DNA from: Candidatus Nanopelagicales bacterium
GTDB taxonomy: Bacteria; Actinomycetota; Actinomycetes; S36-B12
Direction: 5' to 3'
Length of the DNA: 64,000 bases
Assembly: GCA_044375955.1 (NCBI GenBank)
Contig: JBILLS010000003.1
Coordinates: forward strand, 2,471-66,470
This document shows positions 26,701 to 36,000 of the stretch, piece after piece. The notes beneath the pieces were generated by a model. The model was not told the origin of the DNA. It did not search any database and was given only the letters and a program-made list of their open reading frames with translations. Every line of letters begins with the position of its first letter. Within the stretch, counting starts at the first letter, position 1. The position numbers and the translations under genes are program-made.

Positions 26701-29700
26701 GTGGGCATGCGGTCGATGACGACCTGGATCGCTGCCTCGGTCATGAGCGCCCTCGTGGCGATCGGGCTGGCGGCCGGCCCCGGCGCAGCCGTGTCCCCGG
26801 ATACCACCGCGGAGGCGCCGAGCGCATCACCGACTCCGACCCCGGAGGTGTCTACCTCGCCCACCGCGGCGCCGAGCCCGACACCGGATCCAACCCCGAG
26901 TCCTCGACCGTCCGTTTCGGAGAGCCCCTCACCCACGTCATCCCCGACACCCACTGCCTCTGCGTCACCTACGTCGAGTGCGTCCGGCACCCCGAGCACC
27001 GAACCCGATGCCCGTCCACGCATCGTCGTGGTGAAGAACGGCGCCTATACCCAGTCCGCCATTGAGATGGCGCAGGAGATGGGTGCGCGTCCGGACAAGG
27101 TCCTCGTCGGCATGGTCGACGGATTCACCGCCACGCTCACAGATGCCGAGGTGCGGAGGCTGGAAGGCAGCACTGCCGTCGACTACATCGAGGACGACAA
27201 GGTCGTCAGCATCAACGCACCGTTTCGAACTGTGACGAAGACGTCCACGACGAGCATGAACGGCTTCGATGATGCGAGTTCGGCTCCACAGAATCTGGGC
27301 TTCACGATCAACTGGTTCGGTGTCAACTACGACCGCATCATCATCAACAGCAACGGGGGTGCCGTCTTCGATGACGGACTGGGACCGTTCAATGCATGGC
27401 GCGGCATCAACCTTTCCACGGCCACTCGCCCCTACGTTCTGCCGCTCTTCACCGACCTGGATGGGACGTCGTCGGGAACCCTGCAATTCGGGCAGGGAAC
27501 CATCTCTGATTCCGCAACCAAGAGTGTCTTCTGGGCCGAGTGGAGCAACTACGGCGAGTACCCGAGCTCCGCCGGGAAGTACACGTTCCAGATGCTCGTC
27601 ATCGACGAAGGTGCGGGCAAGGTCGGAATTGAATTCAATTACACGACTGTGGGGACCGCCGCGTCGTCGACTAATCCCACATTCGAAGTCGGCTACGCGA
27701 ATCCCGCGCAAACAACTGGGACAGTGCGCATCGCCACTAGCGGAGAAGCCCCCGCCACCGTCGCCACTCGCCTGACCACCAGTGGCAATCCAACGTCGAC
27801 CCCGGGAGTCTGGCGCTATCTCATCAACTCGGGAGGGACGCCGACCCCCGCACCCTCGCCCTCGCCCACGGACGGGATCCAGACAGGGGCACCGTGGGGC
27901 CTGGACCGCATCGACCAGCGGGCTCTCCCACTGAGCACCACGTACGAGGCCGCTGGGACGGGTAGCGGAGTGAAGGTCTACGTGGTCGACACCGGAATTC
28001 GCACGACCCACGTCGAGTTCGGTGGTCGCACCGCGACCGGGCGCGATGAAGTGATCGATGGAAATGGCACCAATGACTGCAACGGACATGGCACCCATGT
28101 CGCGTCGACCGCTGCCGGCACGACGTACGGGGTGGCGAAGGGCGCGACCGTGGTCCCGGTTCGGGTTCTGGGGTGTTCGGGTTCCGGGACGACCTCGGGA
28201 GTGGTCGCCGGGCTCAACTGGATCAGGACCAACCACAGCGGTGGCCGCGCAGTGGTCAACATGAGCCTCGGCGGATCAGGGTCCAAGGCACTCGACGACG
28301 CCGTCGCTGCACTCCATGACGCGAACATCCCGGTCGTGGTAGCGGGCGGCAACTCCAACGCCAACGCTGCCGATTTCAGCCCGGCCCGAGAGCCGAAGGC
28401 GATCACGGTGGCGTCGATGACGTCGACGGATGCGCGCTCCTCCTTCTCCAACTTCGGAAGCCTCATCGACATTTTCGCGCCCGGTTCGTCGATCATCGGA
28501 GCCTGGTACACGTCGAACACAGCGAGCGCCACCATCAGTGGGACCTCCATGGCGAGCCCGCACGTGGCAGGGGCGGCAGCCGTGTATCTCGCCCTCAATC
28601 CCTCCGCTACGTCCGCCCAGGTCGCCACGGCGTTGTCGGATTCGGCGACCGAGAACGTCATTACCGATCCTGGAACCGGATCGCCCAACAAGTTGCTGTA
28701 CGTACGATCCTTCACGGGCTCCGGTGGTGGTGGAAGTTCCGGCGGGGGTGGAAGTTCCGGCGGGGGTGGAAGTTCCGGCGGGGGTGGAAGTTCCGGCGGG
28801 GGTGGTAGTTCCGGCGGCGGCGGTAGCTCCGGTGGTGGTAGCTCCTCATCGGATAAGGGCGGAGGCGGCGGCGCCGAGGACGAGATCCAGGTCACCCGTC
28901 CCGCCGTGACGACCAATCAGGTCACGCGTCCCGGAGCCTTCGCCGCAGTGGATGGCACTGGTCAGCCCCTCGCACTCCAGCGAGCGGGGCTTACGAGCGG
29001 TGGTTTCGAGATCGTGGGCAGTGGCTGGGAAATCACTTCTCGAGGTGCCCTGACTGCACAGAACACGACGCTGACGCCCGGTCAGATCATCCGAATCACG
29101 GGCAAGGGACTCCAGCGGTTGACGACTACGGGCGTGTACGTGCTCTCCACCCCAGTGTGGGTGGCCGCCGGTGTCGTCAGTTACGAGAATGAGTTCACCG
29201 TCGAGTTCCAGATTCCCGCGCTGCCACCTGGGCAACACACTCTGCAGATCAACGCGGTGCGCCAGGGACAACTGCCCATGAGCATTGGTGTGGGATTCAC
29301 CCTGGGGTCGCCAGCACCCGCCGGGGCACCGGCCGCGTCTGCGCCACGGGACGCCGCGGAATTCGTCACGTTCGCTCGGTCGAGTCAGTCACTGTCTCCC
29401 AACGCCAAGGCCAAACTGCGGCGAATCGCGAAAACTGCGCAAGGACTGAACAACGAGCTCTCGGTCATTGGCTTGCCAGGCGCTGCACGTTCCGACGTCA
29501 ACCAGCGACGGGTCTCGGTTGTGGGTCGCTACCTGCAAGCGCAGGGGGCGCGGGTGAGTATGCGGCAATCGACGAGCCCACGCTCCGCGGGATCCTCAGG
29601 AGTCCTCGTCGTCGCTTCCACTCCCCCCGCGAATTCCGCGGCCGGAGTCTCATCACTCATCGTGCGCTTCAAGCCCGGCCAGGAACCCGAGATCGGAGAT

Positions 29701-29895
29701 GCACTCGGAACAAGCCTGACCGTGCGGAAGTACCTAGGTTTCCGGATGTTCCGAGTCGACTTCGCCTCCCCCGTGTCGGAGGACACCGCAGCTGCCGCAG
29801 CCACGACTCTCTCGTCCAACCGGAACGTCGAGTTCGCCGAACCCGATGCCCGTGTCACCACGCAGATTGCATTCCGGGGCAACAGAAGCCTCTAG
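26701..29895 (+). CDS. Secreted S8 (subtilisin-family) peptidase, multidomain: I9 propeptide, NIDO-like, S8 catalytic, (GGGGSS)n linker, beta-rich region, OmpA-like segment, C-terminal I9-like module
   Basis: Signal peptide; Asp/His/Ser motifs [24 protein letters not shown]; NIDO-like [25 protein letters not shown] ... PLFTDLD ... TFQMLV. See findings for the domain order. Confidence 0.9.
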   Translation: MGMRSMTTWIAASVMSALVAIGLAAGPGAAVSPDTTAEAPSASPTPTPEVSTSPTAAPSPTPDPTPSPRPSVSESPSPTSSPTPTASASPTSSASGTPSTEPDARPRIVVVKNGAYTQSAIEMAQEMGARPDKVLVGMVDGFTATLTDAEVRRLEGSTAVDYIEDDKVVSINAPFRTVTKTSTTSMNGFDDASSAPQNLGFTINWFGVNYDRIIINSNGGAVFDDGLGPFNAWRGINLSTATRPYVLPLFTDLDGTSSGTLQFGQGTISDSATKSVFWAEWSNYGEYPSSAGKYTFQMLVIDEGAGKVGIEFNYTTVGTAASSTNPTFEVGYANPAQTTGTVRIATSGEAPATVATRLTTSGNPTSTPGVWRYLINSGGTPTPAPSPSPTDGIQTGAPWGLDRIDQRALPLSTTYEAAGTGSGVKVYVVDTGIRTTHVEFGGRTATGRDEVIDGNGTNDCNGHGTHVASTAAGTTYGVAKGATVVPVRVLGCSGSGTTSGVVAGLNWIRTNHSGGRAVVNMSLGGSGSKALDDAVAALHDANIPVVVAGGNSNANAADFSPAREPKAITVASMTSTDARSSFSNFGSLIDIFAPGSSIIGAWYTSNTASATISGTSMASPHVAGAAAVYLALNPSATSAQVATALSDSATENVITDPGTGSPNKLLYVRSFTGSGGGGSSGGGGSSGGGGSSGGGGSSGGGGSSGGGGSSGGGSSSSDKGGGGGAEDEIQVTRPAVTTNQVTRPGAFAAVDGTGQPLALQRAGLTSGGFEIVGSGWEITSRGALTAQNTTLTPGQIIRITGKGLQRLTTTGVYVLSTPVWVAAGVVSYENEFTVEFQIPALPPGQHTLQINAVRQGQLPMSIGVGFTLGSPAPAGAPAASAPRDAAEFVTFARSSQSLSPNAKAKLRRIAKTAQGLNNELSVIGLPGAARSDVNQRRVSVVGRYLQAQGARVSMRQSTSPRSAGSSGVLVVASTPPANSAAGVSSLIVRFKPGQEPEIGDALGTSLTVRKYLGFRMFRVDFASPVSEDTAAAAATTLSSNRNVEFAEPDARVTTQIAFRGNRSL
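28723..28848 (+). repeat. 18-bp in-frame tandem repeat (about 7 copies) encoding (GGGGSS)n
   Basis: The unit ggcgggggtggaagttcc is identical in three consecutive copies (28741-28794). Flanking copies are degenerate. Confidence 0.9.
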
Positions 29896-29904
29896 ATTGC
29901 GCCG

Positions 29905-30870
29905 GTGCGCATCACAACAGACCCCGAGGAGGCGTCCCGCGGACTCGCTGAGGGTCAGGTGGTGGCGATCCCCACGGAGACGGTCTACGGATTGGGTGCA
30001 CGCGCCGACTCGCCTGATGCCGTGGCCCGGGTGTACGCGGCGAAGGGGCGTCCGGCAGACCACCCGCTGATCGTGCACGTGGCCCGTGCCGACGCCGCGA
30101 CTTCGTGGGCGGCACGCATCCCGGACTACGCGCTGCTACTCAGTGCCCGGTTCTGGCCAGGACCGCTCACCCTCGTGCTGCAGCGCAGTGCGCGGGCCCA
30201 GGACTTCATCACCGGTACCCAGGACACGGTCGCGGTGCGCGTTCCTGGCAACGCACTCACCCGCGAGGTGATCCGCCGTGTCGGCGAGATTCTGGGTGAC
30301 CCCGACGTCGGTATCGCTGCGCCCAGCGCCAATCGTTTTGGGAAGGTGAGTCCCACCCGCGCGCAGGACGTGGTGGCCGAGCTCGGGGAGTTCCTCGACG
30401 ATGAACTCGTCCTCGACGGTGGACCGAGCACCGTGGGTGTCGAGTCGACGATCGTGGACTGCTCCGGTGAGCGGCCGGTGATCCTGCGACCAGGACAGAT
30501 CAGCCTGGAGGACATCGAGGGGTGCACGGGCCTCACCTGCGGTGAGTCGAGCACCGTGCGCGCGCCCGGGACACTCGTCGCGCACTACGCACCTGCCGCA
30601 CGCGTGGTCATCGTCGACACCGCGTTACTTCCTGGGAGAGATACCGAGCGCAGCGGTCTCATCGCGCTCGCGTCCACCCCCACGCCGCCCGGGATGGTGC
30701 GCCTCACGGCGCCGGATACCGCCGCGCACTACGCGGCGAGCCTCTACCGCGCGTTACGGGAAGCGGATGCCCTGCACCTCACCACCGTCTACGCCGTTCC
30801 GCCGACCGGATCCGGAATCGAGGCTGCGATCCGCGACCGACTCGAGCGTGCCGCGCACGGCATTACTTAG
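29905..30870 (+). CDS. L-threonylcarbamoyladenylate synthase (Sua5/YwlC/TsaC family, long form with a Sua5 C-terminal domain)
   Basis: VVAIPTETVYGLGA and KGRPADHPLIVHV motifs; 321 aa; GTG start. Confidence 0.9.
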   Translation: MRITTDPEEASRGLAEGQVVAIPTETVYGLGARADSPDAVARVYAAKGRPADHPLIVHVARADAATSWAARIPDYALLLSARFWPGPLTLVLQRSARAQDFITGTQDTVAVRVPGNALTREVIRRVGEILGDPDVGIAAPSANRFGKVSPTRAQDVVAELGEFLDDELVLDGGPSTVGVESTIVDCSGERPVILRPGQISLEDIEGCTGLTCGESSTVRAPGTLVAHYAPAARVVIVDTALLPGRDTERSGLIALASTPTPPGMVRLTAPDTAAHYAASLYRALREADALHLTTVYAVPPTGSGIEAAIRDRLERAAHGIT

Positions 30871-31636
30871 GTGGCAGCCGAACTCCGGCATCGAGGCGGA
30901 TTACTTCGCCGTTCAGGTACGGGTTCTCGACGATTGCCCCGACAAGATGCGCGAACTCCTGCGCCGTCCCCATGCGCCGCGGGTTGAGCGGCAGCTTGGA
31001 CAGCACCTCGAATGTCTCGCGAGGAAGGAACTCGTAGATCGGTGTGTCCATGATCCCGGGAGCGATCGTCATCACTCGGATTCCCACGGGAGCGAGGTCG
31101 CGGGCAAGCGGCAGGGTCATTCCGACGATGCCACCTTTGCTCGCGCTGTAGGCGGCCTGCCCAACCTGGCCGTCGTATGCGGCAAGTGATGCTGTCATCA
31201 CGATGACGCCGCGCTGACCGTCCGAGTCTGGTTGATTACGTGACATCAATGATGCAGATCTGCGGACGATGTCGAAGGTTCCGTTGAGGTTGATGTCGAT
31301 CACTCGTCGGTAGTCGTCGATACTCACCGGAGTCCCGTCGCGATCCATGACGCGATGCACGAACCCGACGCCCGCGCAGCAGGCGGTCACGTCCAGCCGA
31401 CCGAAGGTGGTCTCAGCAGCAGCAACCGCATGCTCCACGGCGTCGGTATCCCGGACATCGGTCGGAACCGCGATGACGTGGTCACCGAGCTCCTTCGCAA
31501 GGTTCGATGCCCGCTCACCGTTGACGTCGACGACGAGGATTCCCGCCGCTCCGCCCGCGGCTGCCGCACGCACCACGCCCTCACCGAGGCCTGATGCGCC
31601 ACCGGACACCAACACAACCGACCCTGACCACTGCAT
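30863..31636 (-). CDS. SDR family oxidoreductase (3-hydroxyacyl-CoA dehydrogenase type-2-like)
   Basis: VSGGASGLG cofactor motif and YSASK catalytic motif; 257 aa. Confidence 0.85.
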   Translation of the reverse strand: MQWSGSVVLVSGGASGLGEGVVRAAAAGGAAGILVVDVNGERASNLAKELGDHVIAVPTDVRDTDAVEHAVAAAETTFGRLDVTACCAGVGFVHRVMDRDGTPVSIDDYRRVIDINLNGTFDIVRRSASLMSRNQPDSDGQRGVIVMTASLAAYDGQVGQAAYSASKGGIVGMTLPLARDLAPVGIRVMTIAPGIMDTPIYEFLPRETFEVLSKLPLNPRRMGTAQEFAHLVGAIVENPYLNGEVIRLDAGVRLPPK

Positions 31637-31645
31637 GCGCTTCTC

Positions 31646-32011
31646 CTACCCGTATCCCAATTCGTGTAAACGTTCGTCGCTGATGCCGAAGTGGTGCGCG
31701 ACCTCGTGAACCACCGTGACCCGCACCTGCTCGACCACATCCTCCTCCGAGCGGCAGCGGCGCGTGATGGGAAGCCGATAGATCGTGATCCGATCCGGCA
31801 GGTGACCGGCGTAATAGTGACCACGACTGGTCAGGGGCACCCCGTGATAGAGCCCTAGGAGCAAAGGCCGACCGGGCTTCATGTCCTCGACGAGGACCAC
31901 GACGTTGTCCATCAATCTGGCCAGTTCCGGTGGAAGCGTGTCGAGGGCGTCGGACACGAGCTCCTCAAACCGCTCGGGGGCGACCTCCACCATCCATCCA
32001 TCGTGTCCCAC
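31646..32011 (-). CDS. Zincin-like metallopeptidase family protein (DUF1025-like)
   Basis: HEVAHHFG zinc motif in a protein of about 120 aa. Confidence 0.7.
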   Translation of the reverse strand: MGHDGWMVEVAPERFEELVSDALDTLPPELARLMDNVVVLVEDMKPGRPLLLGLYHGVPLTSRGHYYAGHLPDRITIYRLPITRRCRSEEDVVEQVRVTVVHEVAHHFGISDERLHELGYG

Positions 32012-32110
32012 GGCGGACCCGCGCGCTCACCCAGGGGCGACTCCCCCGCCACCCCCGAGACGTCCTATGCTTTCCCGGTCGCCAACGGCGTTTCGGTCGA
32101 CGGAGACCAG

Positions 32111-32183
32111 GTCCCCATCGTCTAGAGGCCTAGGACACCGCCCTTTCACGGCGGTAACACGGGTTCGAATCCCGTTGGGGATG
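32111..32183 (+). tRNA. tRNA-Glu (anticodon TTC)
   Basis: Hand-folded: anticodon arm CGCC-CTTTCAC-GGCG, T-arm ACGGG-TTCGAAT-CCCGT, acceptor GTCCCCA/TGGGGAT. Confidence 0.88.
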
Positions 32184-32198
32184 CTCGGCCTCACCAGA

Positions 32199-32275
32199 GG
32201 CCCCGTAGCGCAGTTGGTTAGCGCGCCGCCCTGTCACGGCGGAGGTCGCGGGTTCAAGTCCCGTCGGGGTCGCCA
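32199..32275 (+). tRNA. tRNA-Asp (anticodon GTC), CCA encoded
   Basis: Anticodon loop CTGTCAC, T-arm GCGGG-TTCAAGT-CCCGT, acceptor GGCCCCG/CGGGGTC, then GCCA. Confidence 0.9.
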
Positions 32276-32297
32276 CTCCGGAGCAATCCGGAACTAC

Positions 32298-32374
32298 GGC
32301 CAGGTAGCTCAGTTGGTACGAGCGTCCGACTGAAAATCGGAAGGTCGACGGTTCGATCCCGTCCCTGGCCACCA
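32298..32374 (+). tRNA. tRNA-Phe (anticodon GAA), CCA encoded
   Basis: Acceptor GGCCAGG/CCTGGCC, anticodon loop CTGAAAA, T-arm GACGG-TTCGATC-CCGTC. Confidence 0.9.
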
Positions 32375-32498
32375 CATCATTTCTCCGGGCAAATCAACAT
32401 GGTCCGCTACCAATCTGCTCAACAGGCCCATCCCTCTTGCTCTTTGGTGGTCTAAACGCATTCCCATACTGTCCGCGGCTGGTGACTTCTCATCATTT

Positions 32499-32509
32499 TC
32501 GTATTACGA
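32499..32509 (+). promoter_or_regulatory. Short palindrome TCGTA-T-TACGA just upstream of the antitoxin start; candidate autoregulatory operator
   Basis: 5-1-5 inverted repeat 8 nt upstream of the ATG at 32517. RHH antitoxins commonly bind such sites. Weak evidence. Confidence 0.25.
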
Positions 32510-32516
32510 TAAGAGC

Positions 32517-32777
32517 ATGAATCGGGAAACTATTCAGGGAGAACCTGTAACCGAAGAACACATCAAGGCATGGGCGCACGAAGCTGAAGCTGGTTATCCC
32601 GTTGAGCAATTGCGTAAACGCGGCCGGCAGTCTTTAGGCGACGGTCCCAGCGCGGTGGTCCCCGTTCGGATTGACTCAGCCCTCTTGGAGGCACTCGGTG
32701 AGAAAGCCGAACGTGAGAACGTTAGTCGTTCCGAGGCGATTCGAACTGCCATTCGCGCATGGGTCGGAGTTGCCTAG
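32517..32777 (+). CDS. Ribbon-helix-helix (CopG/BrnA-like) antitoxin
   Basis: C-terminal RHH pattern VPVRIDSALLEALGEKAERENVSRSEAIRTAIRAWV. The stop shares one base with the next start (TAGTG). Confidence 0.7.
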   Translation: MNRETIQGEPVTEEHIKAWAHEAEAGYPVEQLRKRGRQSLGDGPSAVVPVRIDSALLEALGEKAERENVSRSEAIRTAIRAWVGVA

Positions 32778-33016
32778 TGGAGGTCCATTCCTCCGCGCTT
32801 AAACATGGAATCTCTGCTGAGAGTTCAATTTTCGTCGCATCAAATTCACTGTTCGTTTCCCTGCTGGACGATGACAACCCATCACGCGAATTACGTCTTG
32901 GTTTTGATGAGGCTGGACGATTACTCGAGTTAGTAGTTTTAATATTTGATAGCGGAAACGAGTTAATCATTCATGCGATGAAGGCTCGATCGCAGTATTA
33001 CGAACTCATAAAATAG
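32777..33016 (+). CDS. BrnT/DUF497-like toxin (tentative)
   Basis: ALKHGIS near the N-terminus and GRLLELVVLIFDSGNELIIHAMKARSQYYE near the C-terminus resemble the BrnT pattern (KHGV ... GRL..VV ... IISMRKA). GTG start at 32777. Confidence 0.5.
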   Translation: MEVHSSALKHGISAESSIFVASNSLFVSLLDDDNPSRELRLGFDEAGRLLELVVLIFDSGNELIIHAMKARSQYYELIK

Positions 33017-33159
33017 CAAGCGGGTCGAGACCGAGATTGGAAGCGGCTGCATCTGCTGACATTCCCAAGCGGGTCGACAAGAGGGTGGTAACCGTGCGCC
33101 TGGCCTTGCGAAGTTCAGCCTTTACTGGTCTATCAAGAGACAGATTCGTGATTATCGGG

Positions 33160-33600
33160 CTATTCGTTGGTGAGATCAGCGAATAGGTCGTAAGTGTTGC
33201 CGTCTTGGTCGCGCACCTGCGCGTAGCGCTGACCCCAGAAGGCGTCCCACGGATCGGTAGCTGAAGTGAACCCGGCATTGACAATCAATTGGAAAACAGC
33301 ATCGACATTCGTGGGCGAGACGCAATCAAAGGCCAGCAGCGTTGTTTGACTGTTCTCTGGCGGCCAATCCCAGTTCGGGTTGAGGCTCCTAACAAGGGAT
33401 TCAGAATCCAACATGAGCCGCAACCCGCTGGGAAGGACCGCCTCAGTGTGGTCTGCACTGGCTTCGCAAGAACCGTCAGTTGGAAAGCTAATCCCCAACA
33501 GGGTGAAAAACTCAATTGATCTCGGGATATTGCTACTCACAACTCCAATAGCATTTAGCGCAACTGCCCGGGTGTTCACAAGCGAGACGTTATCGAGCAT
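33160..33600 (-). CDS. VOC (glyoxalase/bleomycin-resistance) family protein
   Basis: 146 aa. The C-terminal DPWDAFWGQRYAQVRDQDGNTYDLF is typical of VOC-fold proteins. Confidence 0.7.
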   Translation of the reverse strand: MLDNVSLVNTRAVALNAIGVVSSNIPRSIEFFTLLGISFPTDGSCEASADHTEAVLPSGLRLMLDSESLVRSLNPNWDWPPENSQTTLLAFDCVSPTNVDAVFQLIVNAGFTSATDPWDAFWGQRYAQVRDQDGNTYDLFADLTNE

Positions 33601-33796
33601 TGGCAGACTTTTCCAGATTTTGAGACAGGCCAGGTTTTTTATGAATGCACCAAATGAGCAAACCTAGCCTTGTTAGCCCCTCGTATTTGAATTTGCTTTC
33701 AAGCATCTCTCACTAATTTCTCACAGACATAGCCGTAGACAGTGAAATGCGCTGGTGTGTAGTGAGTCGCGATGGTGCGCGGGGACGGTATCTACA

Positions 33797-33845
33797 CCGA
33801 CTGAAAATCGGAAGGTCGACGGTTCGACCCCGCCCCTGGCCACCA
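33797..33845 (+). repeat. 49-nt copy of the 3' half of tRNA-Phe (att-like repeat 1)
   Basis: CCGACTGAAAATCGGAAGGTCGACGGTTCGAcCCCGcCCCTGGCCACCA compared with 32326-32374 shows 2 mismatches in 49. There is no 5' half upstream. Confidence 0.85.
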
Positions 33846-33940
33846 CACTTCGTGGCAGTTTCCCTCACAAAATGATGCGTACCGTGGCGTTCTTGCTGCA
33901 GGAGGTCTGAGGTCCCGTGCACGAACGTGCACGAACGCTT

Positions 33941-34198
33941 CTAATGGCAGCCGACGGTGCCGCCGATGCAGGCTTCCTGGTCAGGGTTGTACTGCGGCTC
34001 CTGGTACGGCACATCGGCGTAGTAGGCCGAAGCTGCAAAGTAGGCAACGACCGGGCCGATGACGATGAAGGCCACGATCATGCGCGTGAGGCCCTTGTCT
34101 GACTTGGGCGGCCCGATTAGCCACATCAGTATGTAAAGGCCGAAGGCGATTGCACCGCCACCTAAGGCGGTCCACACCAGTACATCTGCACGCATCAC
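33941..34198 (-). CDS. Small membrane protein (2 predicted TM helices)
   Basis: Two hydrophobic stretches (WTALGGGAIAFGLYILMWLI; MIVAFIVIGPVVAYFAASAYY). No family recognised. Confidence 0.45.
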   Translation of the reverse strand: MMRADVLVWTALGGGAIAFGLYILMWLIGPPKSDKGLTRMIVAFIVIGPVVAYFAASAYYADVPYQEPQYNPDQEACIGGTVGCH

Positions 34199-34507
34199 GC
34201 CTCCCCTGGTGCGAACGTACCAATGCGGCTAGTGGCTGCTGGAGGTGGATCCGGAGCGTGCACCTGCCGCTGATGACGCTGCAGACCGTGAGGCTGTGGC
34301 TGCTGGGAAGCCGATCCCTGCACGGACAGCAGATCGCGCTAGGCAATTTCAACGTGCCTGAGGACATCCCGGCAGACACGGAGTGCGTGTCGGTCAATCC
34401 GTGACACCCGCCAAACGCGACGCTTCACTCCCATGGGCGCCGTCCACCCTCACCGCCGCTGCTGTGGTCTCGTCTGAGCGAGTCGACAGCGGCCGGGGGT
34501 GAGTGGC

Positions 34508-35656
34508 CTAAAAAGCCCGCACTGGGCGGACACGCAGATAAAGAAGCTTGAATACGTTTCCGACAGTTCCGCCAGAAAAGCTCAGGGTCGACGCAAAGGA
34601 AGTGTCGTTCTGAGTGGAGCTCCAGTAGGTGGCGGAGTTGAACGCGTATGTAGCCGCGACACTCGCTGGCATCACCAAACTGTATGAATACATTTCAAAC
34701 AACTCATTCTTGGAGGGCAGGAACCAGTCTGTTTTCCCGCCCAAGACAAGATCTGATGCGGCTTGTCCCGCTCCGCTCGAGCACGCAGCATCGATCGCGG
34801 CAGTGTTTGATGCCCCAGCCCCAACCGCAACGCTTGCAGCGCCCGTGACATTAGTGGCGACATTGCACCACGAGTTAGTCGGATCTTCGCTTCCACCGTT
34901 CCACGTCTTTGGTGCCATTTCGTAGGTGAGCCCACCAGAGATTAGGAACACCAGCCCACCTCCCGGGCCAACATCACCCACTGCGCAGGTGCCACCACCC
35001 GCGCAGGGCACCGCGGGGGTGACTGAGACCGAAGGTGCTGAATATGTCCCCGTACCGGAGCTGGTGATTGCTGCGACCTTGAAGAAGTAGGCCGTTCCAT
35101 TGGTCAGGCCGGTCGCGGTGCAAGAGAGTGCCGTGGAAGACGAGGCTGTCGCGCAACCAGCAGCGTCGGCATAACCTCCAACAGAGGTGGTTGAAATCTG
35201 AACGCGATACCCGGTAATCACATCCCCTCCAGTACTGGTAGGTGCCACCCAGGTGAGAGCAACGGTCGTGTTTCCCGATACACCGGTAACGGCAGTTGGA
35301 GCAGTTGACGTGGATGCGGGAGTGGGCGCTACTGGTGTTCGTGCCCACGTAATACTCCTGGTGCAGACCCATCCGCCGGTGCCGTTATTCGCCCACTGCT
35401 CCCACGCTGGATTCCACGAAGAGTCCGGTCCCCATGATGCTTGCCACGGTGTTTCCCCTGGCTGCGCTGCGCACGCCTCGGACTGGCTCGCCCGTTGATA
35501 TGACTGCACCTGCACCTGGTCAGCCGAAGCAACGTTTGCACCGACCAGCGTGCTGGCAGTCATGGCAACCACAAAAGCAAGGGCATAGACAGCGCCTGGG
35601 CGATGTGAACTCACAGCCCATATTCCTATCAGCTTCTCGACCACGGTGTTCCACAA
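34508..35656 (-). CDS. Secreted protein with a fibronectin type III domain and a C-terminal DUF1566 (Lcl C-terminal-like) domain
   Basis: FN3 pattern (VALTWVAPTSTGGDVITGYRVQ ... GLTNGTAYFFKVAAI). DUF1566 pattern (GGGLVF ... DWFLPSKNELFEMY ... YWSST). Confidence 0.7.
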   Translation of the reverse strand: MWNTVVEKLIGIWAVSSHRPGAVYALAFVVAMTASTLVGANVASADQVQVQSYQRASQSEACAAQPGETPWQASWGPDSSWNPAWEQWANNGTGGWVCTRSITWARTPVAPTPASTSTAPTAVTGVSGNTTVALTWVAPTSTGGDVITGYRVQISTTSVGGYADAAGCATASSSTALSCTATGLTNGTAYFFKVAAITSSGTGTYSAPSVSVTPAVPCAGGGTCAVGDVGPGGGLVFLISGGLTYEMAPKTWNGGSEDPTNSWCNVATNVTGAASVAVGAGASNTAAIDAACSSGAGQAASDLVLGGKTDWFLPSKNELFEMYSYSLVMPASVAATYAFNSATYWSSTQNDTSFASTLSFSGGTVGNVFKLLYLRVRPVRAF

Positions 35657-35955
35657 CTCTCCGATCGCCAGGTGGAGACAATCTGGTGCCGGAGTGCGTG
35701 AAGGAATCAGTTAAGCGTTGCGGTGGTGATCGATCACATCAATGTTGCCTTTTCCGCAGTGTGCGAGGGGCAGCGCTCCCGTACTGGATGGACCATGACG
35801 AGTCGTTGCAACTCTTGTGAAAGAGAGCGAGTCGCATCACTGTTTTCTCACAGACGTAGCGCAACATCATGATCCAAAGTGGCACATGAATACTGCTTTT
35901 CGAGGAAGTCGCTTTACGCACTGAAGCACAGTGCAGCACAGAGACGAGACCGAAG

Positions 35956-36000
35956 CCGACTGAGAATCGGAAGGTCAGCGGTTCGACCCCGCCTCTGCCC
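35956..36000 (+). repeat. Diverged copy of the 3' half of tRNA-Phe (att-like repeat 2)
   Basis: CCGACTGAgAATCGGAAGGTCaGCGGTTCGAcCCCGcCtCTGcCC aligns without gaps to 32326-32370, with about 6 mismatches. Confidence 0.6.

Larger units (their letters stand above)
32375..33845. mobile_element. Decayed integrative islet A at tRNA-Phe (no integrase left)
   Basis: Bounded by the intact tRNA-Phe and a 49-nt copy of its 3' half. Visibly AT-richer than the flanks. Cargo is a TA pair and a VOC enzyme. Confidence 0.55.
33846..36000. mobile_element. Decayed integrative islet B (no integrase left)
   Basis: Lies between tRNA-Phe fragment 1 and the more diverged fragment 2. AT-richer composition. Cargo is a small membrane protein and an FN3+DUF1566 secreted protein. 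Confidence 0.5.

Noticed and set aside
25630-28236. ORFs 25630-26655 plus (341 aa) and 26965-28236 minus (423 aa)
   Set aside because: They are antisense to the HtrA-like protease and the S8 protease respectively, and have no motifs of their own.
27978-28916. Proline-rich ORF with [11 protein letters not shown] repeats (312 aa, minus strand)
   Set aside because: It is the reverse-complement reading of the (GGGGSS)n repeat and the flanking S8 catalytic domain. The plus-strand frame contains the intact D/H/S triad.
33797-36000. tRNA-Phe-like sequences at 33797-33845 and 35956-36000 considered as extra tRNA genes
   Set aside because: Only the anticodon-to-3' half is present. No acceptor 5' strand or D-arm lies upstream, and the T-stem pairing is broken by the substitutions. 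They are better explained as att-site remnants.
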